A stretch of 64,000 nucleotides of DNA from Takakia lepidozioides (taxonomy: Eukaryota > Plantae > Bryophyta): positions 37,076,001 through 37,140,000 of the forward strand of contig CM060733.1 in NCBI GenBank assembly GCA_030704615.1, read 5' to 3'. Below are positions 1 through 11,916 of this stretch, piece after piece. The stretch's first letter is position 1, and each line of letters begins with the position of its first letter. Made by a program: the position numbers and the translations under genes. Below the pieces are notes generated by a model. It was not told the DNA's origin and made no database searches. It saw nothing but the letters and a program-made list of their open reading frames with translations.

Positions 1-186
1 TAGCCTTTGTCAGCTAGGTCTTAGAACTCAGTAGGAATTCAGGTCAGCTGGCCTAGCTCCTATGACCAACATGCTTCAAATGGCTGTGTCCGGAGGCACT
101 CGTACAATAGACCCCTCTCATGCAGCCCCTTGTAGGTGAGGAATCCAATCATCTTCGTCCTGATCGATTGCGGATGTGGCTCGCAG

Positions 187-3100
187 GGAATGTCCTCAGC
201 AAGAAAGCCATATGCAGGTGCAGGGGAGGGTGCTGCATCTGGGGCTGCTCTTGGACTTTTGGCAGGGCCAGCAGCTCCGATTGCTGTACCCGTAATGGCA
301 ACTTTTGGGGCATTGATAGGGACAGCAAGCCAGGCAATGCTTGACACTGAGAGTGAGCTGCTAGCCCGATCAGAAACTCGTGATTATCATCTCTCCAGCC
401 CTAATGATCACCTGAAGAGTCCAATGGAGGGAACAACTGGGAGATTTATCGCTGACTTTCACCTGATGTGGTGGGATAAGGTGAGGAATCATCACAAAAC
501 ATAGAAATTTGTAGACTGTGGACCCTACACCTTCAGTATTTTCTGACATTTAGACAAGAATATTCCAGAATCTCTTCAAGCAACAGGTTGTAGAAAAATG
601 TTCGTTCCTATGTGTTAACTAACAGGGAAAAATCTCAGTATTATGGCAATTTGAACCTCAGGTCTTTCACAGATGATATCTTCTCCTTTTCCTCTTAGGA
701 TTCTTCTTCCTGTTTCGATAAGACATTTCTTCTTTGTTCAAAAGGAGTTTGTCATCACCTACATGGATAAATGTACAAATAATAGTCAGTTTAGTTTCTA
801 TTTCCAGGGAACTTTGCAGGCATGTGTTTAGAGACAAAAATCTCTTCCAGTGACACTTTGCAGAATCATAAAAAGCGGCTATCTGTGCATGATCCAGGGT
901 GCTCCTTGGAGCAAAAAATTTCAAGTGTCGATTTGGCGCCCAGTTGCGCCCACAGGGTACGTAGTTTTCCCTTGCATGTGCCTGACAGAGGATAATAACA
1001 TTGTGCCACTTGGTTTGGATAGCGGAGATGGCAATGGGAGTGAGCGTAATGAGGCCCACTACCATTGCAGAAATCTCACCCCAATGGATTTCATTCCCCA
1101 AGGAAGCCCACAGATTCCCTTCTTTTATCATAAAATAATTGCAAATAAGTGGGAGAGAACAAAAAAGACGAACTTACATCCACAGTAGGCCAGAAGGAAC
1201 CAAAGGTGGGGCAGAGCGAGGCAGGGGGGAGTAGAGCAATGAACCACAGAAACCAAAGAACTCTTCAGTGGTTGCACGGAGGCAGAATGGCTCATGCAGG
1301 TAAGCAGCTAGTCAAATGAAATGAAATGAAATGGTGCTTTATAACGTCCGCGGAAAGGTCATAGAGCTTATGGGACAAAATGGAAGAAAACATGAGAGAG
1401 GAACAAATCCAGAAACCACAATTAATGTTCTAGCGAATGTCTAAGGGTGAAGGCCTCGTGCAGGTAGGCTGCCAAGCATTTTTTATCCTCATAGTGGAAG
1501 ACATCAGTGAGAGTTTGGGTTCCACTGAATAAACAGTGGAATCTCCCACGGATGTCGTAGTATAGAGGGCAGTAGAAGAAGAAGTGTTCTTCAGTTTCAA
1601 TTTCCTTGCTGCGCCCTATGCAAGCTGGACATAGGCGGTCCTCCCGTTGCAGGTTTTCCCATCTGCCAGTCTCTATCCGTAGGTTGTGGGAACCCACCCT
1701 GAACCGCCCCAATGCCCTCAGGAGGGAAGGAGATAAGGATGCTGAAAGGTAATTTGGTCTCAAGATTCTATCATCGCGGAGCACCAAGAATGTCTCTCGA
1801 TAGAAGTGGAGCTTTGTCGTGAGATTGGGTAGCTTCCAAGTTCTCTTGACATGTAATTCCATAAGCTCTCTCCTAATGAGTCTGTTGCGGTCATGTCTGG
1901 ATGTGATGTCCACCTCATCTGGATTCATTGGTAATAGGAAAGCAGTAGAAAGTCTGTTACGTTGAAATAAACTGTCCACTCGAGCATACCAGGAGTTCCT
2001 GAAACCTGCAGCTTTGAGCCTCATAGATGTTGTGAGGGCCCTTGCCACGAGCCCCTTGGGTGGAAGGGCCTGTAATCTATGGAGAAAGATTGTAAGCCGG
2101 AAGAGGGCCTCGGATTGCAATGGTACACATGCGAACTCTGCACCTAGGATCTGAGATGGAGTTGTGCTCCTGGCGCCAAGCATTGCTTGGAGAAAAGATG
2201 ACTGTAATGGCTCCAAATTCTTTTCCCACCAGGAGACAGGGACACCAGGTGCCCAGAACTCACAACCATAGATGGTAGCAGGGCTGACGACAGTGTCAAA
2301 CAGCCACTTTTTGGTTGGGGGATGACGCAGATGTATTTGCTTGCATTTGGCCTGAAGGCGGACGGAGGCCGCCTTACCTTTAGTCAATCTGTCCAAGGCA
2401 GTGGCTGCAAAGTGAAACTTGGGGGACTGGATAACCGGACCCAGGTACCGGTATGATTTCACAATCTCAATTTCCTGCTGGTTGAAGATGAATCTACGAT
2501 CAGCCTGGCCATTGAAGACCATGATCTTGGTCTTGCTAAGATTGACTTGCATCCCATAGTCTTTGCAGAACTGTTCCAAAATTTTGAGATGGCATTGCAG
2601 GAAAACCGGGGATTGTGCCAAAAGGGCAACATCATCAGCGTAGAGGAGATCTGATTGTGTTGGTCCCCATCCAATGGTACCCCAACCCCATGGTTTTTTG
2701 ATATGTAACTCTCCAAGGCGTCAATGTAGATCCCGAACAGGGTAGGTGAAAGGAGGCAGCCCTGTTCGACTCCAATGTTGCTGTGGACCTCGGCTGAGAA
2801 TTCACCAGCGACGTTGACCATGCCAGTGACAATCTCATACATAGAAGAGATGGCACAAAGGATGTCTGGAGGGACTTCCACTCTATGGAGCCGTTGGAAG
2901 AGAAGGTCCCGAGGAACTGAATCAAAGGCTTTGTGAAAGTCCACGAAGCAAACATAGACCATTCTTTTGTCATAGCGTGCACTTTCCACCATAGCCTGAA
3001 GAGTGAAGATGTGGTCAATAGTGGATCTGTTGCGACGGAAACCAGCCTGTCCCTCAGCACGAATGCGAGAGGACTCAGCCCAATCATCCAGTTCCATGGC

Positions 3101-6100
3101 CACTACTGCCCCAAACAGTTTAGCAAGTACCGAGGACACCATGATAGTACGATAGTTGGTCAGTGTGAGCCTGTCACCGCTCTTGAAGAGTGGGTGGATG
3201 ATGCTCTTTGTCCACTCTGTTGGAAAGCCCCGTTGCACTACCTCATTGAAGAGGTTAGCTATAAAAGGGGCTAAAAGTAGGGGCAGCATGCTTGATGAAT
3301 TCACTCTGAAGTCCTGAAATGTCCACTGCTCTGCCATTTTGCAGCTTCTTGATTGCCTTACTGACATTGGCCGTAGTAAAGAGAGAGAAGTGAAGGGGTT
3401 TAGAGGTTATAGGAGAGGGAGTTTGGGTTGGGGAATGGTACAAAGACTGTGCATACTCATGCCAGACGTGAATGTCAGTGATTGGGGGAGGGTCTCTATG
3501 AGGTTTAAGGAGGGACCAAAAAGAACGAGGAGAAAATCTGATTTTAGCAAGGAAAGAAGATTGCGACTTGATAGTGTAGGCTCTCTTTTTGGATCTAATG
3601 AGGGACTTATAGTGCTTAAGAGCAAGAGTAGTGGACTCTGGAGAAGAATTGGTATCAAGTAGTAAAGATATGATGTGACATCTAGCAGTCTTGCATTCCT
3701 CATCATAAAATGGTGCATAACGACGAGTGGAGAAGGGTGAGGAGGTAGATGGAAGGGTGACGGGAAAGGATCGCAGGGCTGAGTCCCAAAGGGCTTGAGT
3801 AAGATGTGTGGCCTTGTCATTAGGAGATGGTAGATGTAGAATGGAGGGGAGGGTTGACGCTAGGTATGTTTCATACTCGGCGTCGTGTAAGTGAGAGAAA
3901 GGGGTATTAAAGTGGATACGTGGGTGTAAGGGAAGAGAAGCAGAGGGGACCTTCACGGGGGGGGGGGGGGGGAGATGGAAGGAAATGCAAAGGAAAGGCA
4001 AGAGTGATCAGAATCCGGGTACCTCGTGATGTAAAAGGTGCTTATTCTATCAGACTTGTTGGGGCTCCCCAAGAGATAGTCAACCACGCTCTGGCCCTTG
4101 TACGTGTGGCAAGTGAACTGGCTGGAGGATTTGAAATTGGTTGTTCCATTGTAAATGGCAAGCCCCTGAGTTTCACAAAACTTGAGTAGATGGTGACCGT
4201 AGCTTGTGATTTCGCGAGAGGAATCTGCACTTTGCCTCTCCAATTCCGTATGCGAGCGTTGGATGTGTAGAGGATCCGTGTGGTCGAAGGTGGGGGCCTG
4301 TAGTGATCCTGTACGGGCGTTGAAATCTCCAACCAAGAAAATGTCCGTGTGTGGGGTACGGAGACGGGCCATATCGTCTTCCAATGGAACATATGGTGAA
4401 TCTGTTCGAATATGTAGGCCACTGTGCGGAGATGCAGCCGGAGCAAAATAACATCCCGCCAGCAGGATGTTGTAGCCTTTTATGTGACACCAAATGTACC
4501 TTGCCAGTGGGTCTTCAAGAGATAAACTTCATATTGCCCACAGTCAGCCCTGAAAGGGCCCATCAGACAAAGTAGAAAAACCAGAAAAACCCACATAAGA
4601 GTACACCAAACATTGCCCAAACATGAAGTGCCCCAGGCAGGTAAGGTAACAGATTCTTTGGGTCCTTAAGACACACAAAGCAGGAAAGCAACTATATAAC
4701 GTCCACAGAATGCCGTGGGAGGCCTAGAAGGGCAGAGAAGGTGGTCGACCTGCTCTGTTGCATTTCTGTAGTGACTTGCTTTGCCAGAGTCTTCACTATG
4801 GAGGTCTGATGGAGGTATTCTGTTTGGAAGTCTGTTCTGGCGGGTTCCCCTTTTCTTCCCCAAAGGAAAGAAATGAAATGAAATGAAGGAAATGAAATGG
4901 TACTTCAAAAGAAAGAAAGGACAATAAGAAACTATTGGTACATCTAGTTTGCTGTGGTTTAGTGCACTTATTATTCAATTCTTGTTCAAGACCCATCTCC
5001 TCTGTTGGTGTGCAGGATTGCAGTCGGTAGTTCTTTGATAAGATATCTTCTGAAAGTCATACCTACATTATCCTAATGCCTGTGTGATAGGTGTATGTAT
5101 GTCCATATGCTCAGATAGTTTTCTGCTATTTCTGAAATTTCCACTTCATGATTGACATCCAACTTCTGTTGTCACAGCATTTCAACATATTGGCAGCTTG
5201 GGCAGAGACAAAGCATGTGCATTGGGGGGGCGCATGGAGATTTTTGGTCAGATAGTCACGTAGAATCTTCCCTTTTATCAGCCTTAGATTTCATGTTTTA
5301 TGAGAGAAACCTTCAACATCATGAGCTAATACTAAAAAGCTTCCCTGCAGGTATGTGTTGGTTGGAGATGTGGTGCAGTCCTGCCATGACCCGCCTGACA
5401 TGGCTATGGTGTACCGCAATAATCATGATGGACAATTCTCACTGCCTGAAGGCTTTGACCTGGTATTCAATGAACTCATTTTCTGTGTTCAAGTCTTGAA
5501 TTCGTACAGCCAATGGTAGGTGTTGATGACCTTCATAAAAAATGTGGGCGCGTTGCTGAAACAAGCGTAAATTATGGTGTCTCTTGACCACGTAGAGCTA
5601 CTGCCTTCCGGTAAAAGGCGGACACCTTTATGACATCCTACATGTGGTTTGCATCCACAACCACTAGTGAAGCGGTGTATGCCCTTACCACTGCTAAATG
5701 TTGGTTGTCCAATGACCTTCTTACAGTTAAATTTAAGACCCTGCCTTAACCCTCCACCCTCCTACAGCCTGTGACGTGTGCTTGAGGCTGCCTTCTTTCT
5801 TTGTCAAGATTCTGTATCTTTTGGGATTTTACCCCACTGCATCTTATTGATTAACAGCTTACTCCAGTCGCATGTCAAGCTTCACATTTGGAATTACATG
5901 TAGTTGTACTAGTTGGAGTTGTTCGATATGGGTTGTGAACAAAACTTCATTTTCTCGTCATAGCACTGGCCAAAATGATCATGAACATAATTTGAAGTAC
6001 AGGAACCGTTTACTGTGACTTGAATTTGAGACAGGGTGTTTGTTCTGTTTGATAAAGTCGAGGCTGTCTGAATAACCTCATTAGAAATGACATACACGAG

Positions 6101-6455
6101 TTTCATTGAAGTAGACAATGTGTGGTTTGTGGCTGATCAGGTATGGCGGGATACAGAGAGTGGCGCTAGAAAACCGGTAACAATCTGGCGACCACGTCCG
6201 CCACAGGGATATGTAGCAATCGGATGTGTGGTGGTTCCTGACTATTATGAGCCAGACCGGGCCATTGTAAGCTGTGTACGCCAGGATCGTGTTGGAAATG
6301 TTCCCCTTGGGCAGATTCCTCTCTGGAGGGATTACACAGGGGCAGCCCTCTGGCCTTGCAGCCTTTGGAGGGTGCAAAATGACTCCAGAACTTTCCTTGC
6401 CCGCCGGGACCACCAGGCTCCTCCATCCAATCTTGCTTTCACTGTGCTGAGCTAA
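187..6455 (+). CDS. 3' exons of a Vps62/DUF946-repeat protein, probably the C-terminus of a VPS13-family protein (gene begins upstream of the window); exons ~187-480, 898-956, 5351-5462, 6141-6455
   Basis: GT-AG junctions join in frame to give FHLMWWDK|GAPWSKKFQVSIWRPVAPTG|YVLVGDVVQSCHDPP...FSLPEGFDL|VWRD...VTIWRPRPPQGYVAIGCVVVPDYYEP...LWRVQNDSRTFLARR*, typical Vps62/DUF946 repeats. Start of the first exon is uncertain. Confidence 0.8.
1314..4560 (-). mobile_element. 5'-truncated, frameshifted non-LTR retrotransposon (LINE; RTE-X/L2-like ORF2) inside the intron 957-5350
   Basis: APE endonuclease motifs (VGDFNAR, SVVDYLL, SDH; 3953-4384). RT motifs (FVDFHKAFDSV, GVEQGCLLSPTLF, LYADD at ~2630-2645). 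C-terminal RFRVGSHNLRIETGRW..C..C..EHFFFYC zinc motif. 3' tail of (ATTTC)n at ~1314-1333. ORF2 is split over several frames. Confidence 0.9.
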
Positions 6456-8060
6456 AGAGAATTCTAACCACCAAAGTAGTTGGAGGGTGCATCCTCAATG
6501 ATGTGGCCATCCTTGAGGAGCATGTCTTCCGCACCTGGCTGCCTCCGGGGGGTATGTTTTAGGGTATTTGATACCCTCTTCCAGTTGGAACTGCAAACGC
6601 TGACGTGGAGAGATTGGTTGCTGACATCTGCTTATTTGTTCATAACACATTCAACAAGGGAACGAAGTTTCGGCGATATCAGGTTCAGTTACTTGAAAAC
6701 AGGAGCAGATTCGTAATGCAAATATGCGACAACAGTGAAGTGTGTGAAGTCTAAGATCTGAAAGGGGTCTCAGTGAGGGCGGCATTCTTTCATCATTCTT
6801 TTATGAAGGCTTGCAACTGTAAAGAGCACACATTTGTGGGAGAAAGCAAGCTTCGTTTTACTTACTGTAGTAAAGAGGTAGGGAAGGTATGGAAGTTTAG
6901 ATGTAGCAAGTCACAGTCGACAGACAATATAGAAGACATCATGTACTCTTCCTCTGAGAAGAAAGCATCAGTTCCCATTATGATTGCAAGGCTACAATCA
7001 AAGCTAAGTTTCCAGTGCTGGCTCAGTCTGGTCAGATTTACTCAGAATTGAGATGTATGGGTCGCTTGACCTTCTTGCTCATGTCACCACTTGATTCTTT
7101 TTGCACTGCGTTCATAGAGGAGTCTTTTTAGCCATGTATACACCTTCCTTTCATAGGCTTTTGATGAAGGCGCACTCACACAGGACAGAAATATGCGTCC
7201 ATCCCAGCTAGAGGGCACACCCAAGGCTACCAGTGTAATCCAAAGCCTTTTCTAAAATCCAACCGCGTGCCATCAAAAGGGTCGGTTAAGTCTGCCAATG
7301 TGGACTGCTTAATTACTGATAAAGCCAGACAAACAATGCACTGCCAGTCCCATGCATAGAAAAATACACAAGATTCGAAGTACTGCATAGACATGAGGAC
7401 TCAGGAGCTTGGGCACGTCATGAGCAATCGATATCAATAGGCATTCTCATGGTTGTAGAGTTTCAGTTGCATCCATCCCCCAGCTGTAGGAAGAAGTTTT
7501 TAACACCTAGTCCACCTAGTCCACCCTCTTCGCTACCAGCAACAGTCAGGAAAATTCTTACTGCTTGTGAGACACTCGCAAGACAAATCTACATTGGGAG
7601 TGCTTCTAAGATAGAATGCAATCAATAAAAATATCTCTCCCGAGATACAATTTACTCATCGTGCTCCAGTTTCAATCAAGCCAATCTTTTGAAAATTGGA
7701 ACTCGTCTGCCACAGCCGCAGCATCCCACCTACTACTATACAGTGATAATATACAAGGTCGTATGCTCAACACTCACCCAGCCATCCATGGCCAAGTTGG
7801 TTGGCAAAGAATGCTAAGCCATTGCTATCTACTTACACCACTCCCAGTAATACACTCCTCAAATTGACCCAGCTGGGGGGTCTGAAGGTAATGATGAGAA
7901 AGCTATGATCGGCCAAAAGTACACAGTGTAATTGAGGGATGTCCGCACTAACTACTAGTTACAAAACCGTTGATAGTCTCACTATCTCAACTGGTTGGAC
8001 ATTATGTTTGTTCTGTCCCTGAAGGCATTTGCGAGAGACCTTTGTGGAATATTGTAAGAA

Positions 8061-11000
8061 TCATTCGTCAATGAGAAGAGCTGACACAAAGGGAAACATG
8101 GCTGAAAGTACAGCTGCAGGACACTCCTCATGAGGGAGGTGACCACACCCTGGGATTGCCACCAGTCTCTGCACATGGTATGGCCCGAAGAATTCATCAG
8201 TAAAGAATATTGACCTTATTTGCTCATAGACCACCCACTAATTCATTGCGACTTGATTATCTATCGCTGGAGTAGCTTACACATTTGTTAATGCCAAGTT
8301 GGTGTGTCAGTCAGCAAAGATACTTACAGAAAGAGGGAGCTGGGATGTGAGGGATTGAGCAGTCTTGAGTGGAACCAAGCGGTCTTGGACACCAGCCACA
8401 ACGAGAGCTGGCAGGTTGGCTACGCACCGCACAAGCTCAGCTGCACTGGTGCTGGTCAGTATTGAGCTTGTCATGGAGGCCTTGCTCACCTCTGCCAGCG
8501 ACTTCTCCCAACCTTCGACATGTAATGGTGCCTGCAAAACCATCTTCCACATCAATACTGCAAATCAACACTGATCGTGCTCCTATAGGTAACATGGAAG
8601 GTCAGTGTTGTTGGCAAGGCACTTAACAGACAACATCTACAGAAAATATGGGACGAGCTACTAGTTGAAAAATGAGTACATCCATTATAGCCCATATATG
8701 GGGTGTCACAGTTTAGAACAGAACACTACAAACACTGAAAACTGCAGTGTGCTTGTAAACAAGTTAAGCTCAGCTTCAACCTATACTGAAGAATGCCTTC
8801 CAAAATAGAGCAGACAGACAGGGTTGAAGCAACCAAACCTTGTAGAGATCCAGTGTCTCTGAAGTAAGCTTTGATGCATCATGCCAAGCTCTGCGGGTGG
8901 TCACCTGCCCAATCTCTGAACGGAGCAATGACCGCAGCATGTGGCGGCCCAGTGACATGTGCAAAAGTGCTCTTGCAAATGGCGGAACCACTTCTCTTGA
9001 TAAACTTACACCAATCAACACTAACCCCTTCACTTCCACCTGTTTGCGGCCAGACAGAGGGGACTTAGTTCTCTGGCATTCCACTCCACTTCCTTGCACT
9101 CTTTGGACACACTATCCAGTGCCTCAAGATGACTTGGTCTCAAGATTTGGATCTAACAAAGACCTTACATTCAAACACAGAGGGATACAACTAGGTGCAC
9201 TCATCACAAAACAAGTGAACGTGCTTACGCAGTATAAGTAAAACAACAATTAAAGATAAAATCCCAGCCCTCTCCGGTCGACTCCGTGAATGTGACTTTT
9301 GCAAGCAGTCTTTTCCTTTGACAGTCTCTTCACAGGTCTCAAGCACCTTGCTCTATAGAGCCAGGAATTGTTTAAGGCAGTAGAAACCAACCTGAATAGA
9401 GTCTTTGGATTTCAAGGCCCTGGCAGCAGCCATGAGAGCAAGCAACCCACCATCCGCATGACCCACAAGCACCACTGATGTTAACCCCAACTCCTGACAG
9501 AAGGCAAAGAACAAATCCACCTGCATCCACAATCATGTTATTGCCTATATGTACATCATGCACACCACAAACAGAATCAAAGGAAGGCATGCTTACAAGT
9601 GATTAAAGCGAAGATTAACACAGAAACGGAACTGTAACTATCTTTGCTGGTCTGCTGCAACAGGTATTCTATAAAAATCGGTCTCACCTGAGGATGACAA
9701 GAGAGCTACACTTGTTTTGTGGGTGGTCTCTACTCAGACCTTGACGACTAGCTTAGACAATATTTGCAATCCAATACAGAGTCACAGAGTTGGTTGTTCC
9801 AAGAAAATTACAGACCCCAGGGATATTGTTTGACATCTCTACAAGAGTTGGAGGTATCAAGTGTGGAAGCGCATCTAACAAGACTTAGGCATTTGGGGTG
9901 GGGGATGTTACGAGAAAAATATTTAAAGAGAGGAAGAACTTTGACCAATGTACCTGTGTGTGAAGGTCATACGGATTTAGAAGCCCCTTCTGTTCCCACT
10001 CAGATCTTCTGGGCCTTGAGGTCAGCCCCCATCCTGGCCGATCGAAAGCAACAACCCGACAACCAACCTGCCTGGCAACAGCACCCATTACGTGCCGCCA
10101 AGAAAACACGCCACCCCCAAACCCGTGAAGAAGGACCACTCCTGTGCCTTTCTCATACACTGATTTTTGGGACAACTTACACTCCCCTTGCCCTGGCTTT
10201 GATGGCCTAGCTGGTAACTCAGACATACCGCCTGCCATTTCTTGGTTTGACATCTGCTGCACTATTGCTGGCCATCCGTTAAGTCGCAAGGAGTTTATTG
10301 ACCCGGTAGATGAACTGAACGAAGAAGCAAAGTTCAAATCAACAGCTGAACTGCTTAGTAATGGTGTGTGAATGTTAGTGTTGATGGAGCCATTAGTGGG
10401 CATCTTAGCCAAGGGGTTCCATGTTGTTGGAAAGGGCTGCACTGAAACGTTAGAAGTCAACAGCTTAAAGGATTGATATTGGTCATGGCCTGCAAATGTG
10501 CCAAGTAAGGCATCATTGGGTTTAAAACTTCCTTCAATGGACTTGTAATGTAGCAGCAGTCCTTTACACTCCATGAAGATGCTGTCTAAATCCGCCAACA
10601 TTCGGGCTGGAACATCATTGTCATCATCATGCTTGAATTGTCCCCCTGTGTTACTCTCCAAGTCATTTTTTCCAAAAAGCGAGGGTGAGGAGCCTCGAGG
10701 AATCCTTTGATATCCATTTGCAGTAATCTGAGACACAATCAAAAATAGTTCAATGCTCCAGTCCTAGGTCACCAAGGCAGCTGAAAAAGTGCCTAATTTC
10801 ATTTCGTTACAAGCAATGCAACTAATACAATCTAACTAATCCCACCTAGCTGGATATTTAACCCGGAGTAAGGCTTCTTAAGAGTCATAATAAGGAGTGG
10901 AAAGCACTGTAACAGGAACCTGAGCTTGGATGGGCCTCAAACTCTTCCATGATGTCACATTCATCCAGAGTTTCTAGCAAGGTAATCTGCATTGATAATG

Positions 11001-11916
11001 TCTTCCTGAAAAAGAAAGTTGAAATGCAGCACCACATTATTGTCAAAGAATCAACAAAAGCGACCAGTATGTAACTCACCGATTCAGAGTCTGTCCGGTG
11101 AAAACACAGCTTGCGCCGGGCTTGGCATCTTAACTTGTAAGCAACCACAATGTGCACAAGAGAAAACACTGCTGAAAGGGTCAAAAGCACAGGCAATATC
11201 CAAGTATGATGGTACACATTGACTTCTGCCACAGGTGTTGCATGGGTCACATGAGAGACTCTATACAAGAGTGCTTTAGCTGAGAGAAACACTGCGGTTG
11301 CAACTCCAGAAACAACTGTTACCCCCAAGTAGGGCCCGTGGCAGAGGCTCGGGACACCACACACAGAATATGCACCTGGAACAGGACTCCCTGTCAGTAA
11401 AATGTTGAATACTCGAAAGCAAAGGAAGAACTTACTTCCACGAAACATTGTCAGTATCCCTAATGCATCCACATAATTTGAGGGGAAAACAAACAAGTCA
11501 AGGGTGTATTGTGGAGGGGAAGTTATCTCAGAAGAGAGAGGGGATTGTTGACAGAAAGAGCAGATCTGTGCCTCCACAAAGCAATATTTGACAGTAAAAA
11601 ATATACAGAAAAGGATGAGAAACCGTGAGAAGGATTAAACATGCTTACAGATGGCTGCGAGCGAGCGAGCGAGAGAGAGCAGTGGAATATCAGCAAGAGA
11701 AGTCCGGAAGCTGTAAGTTGCCCAGTCAAGTCTGAAGGATAAACAGGATGTGCAGCACGTGAAGGTGGAGAGGACAGCACAAGGAATGGCTATGTCTGCA
11801 ATTGAAACCAGCAGGAGAAGCGAAGACCCGAGCAGTGATCCGACCATAACTACCATGAATAAGATAGTTCTACCTGCTCTCTTTAAGCTCTCTATGTTTC
11901 CCCTTTCTGCTGCCAT
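8061..11916 (-). CDS. alpha/beta-hydrolase family protein with N-terminal transmembrane region; exons 11649-11916, 11080-11375, 9954-10727, 9392-9520, 8839-9039, 8328-8531, 8061-8168
   Basis: Canonical GT-AG introns in compatible phases. Motifs VLLHGFGGGVFSWRH, AFDRPGWGLT, VGHADGG, GVQDRLVP and GCGHLPHEECP. Confidence 0.9.
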
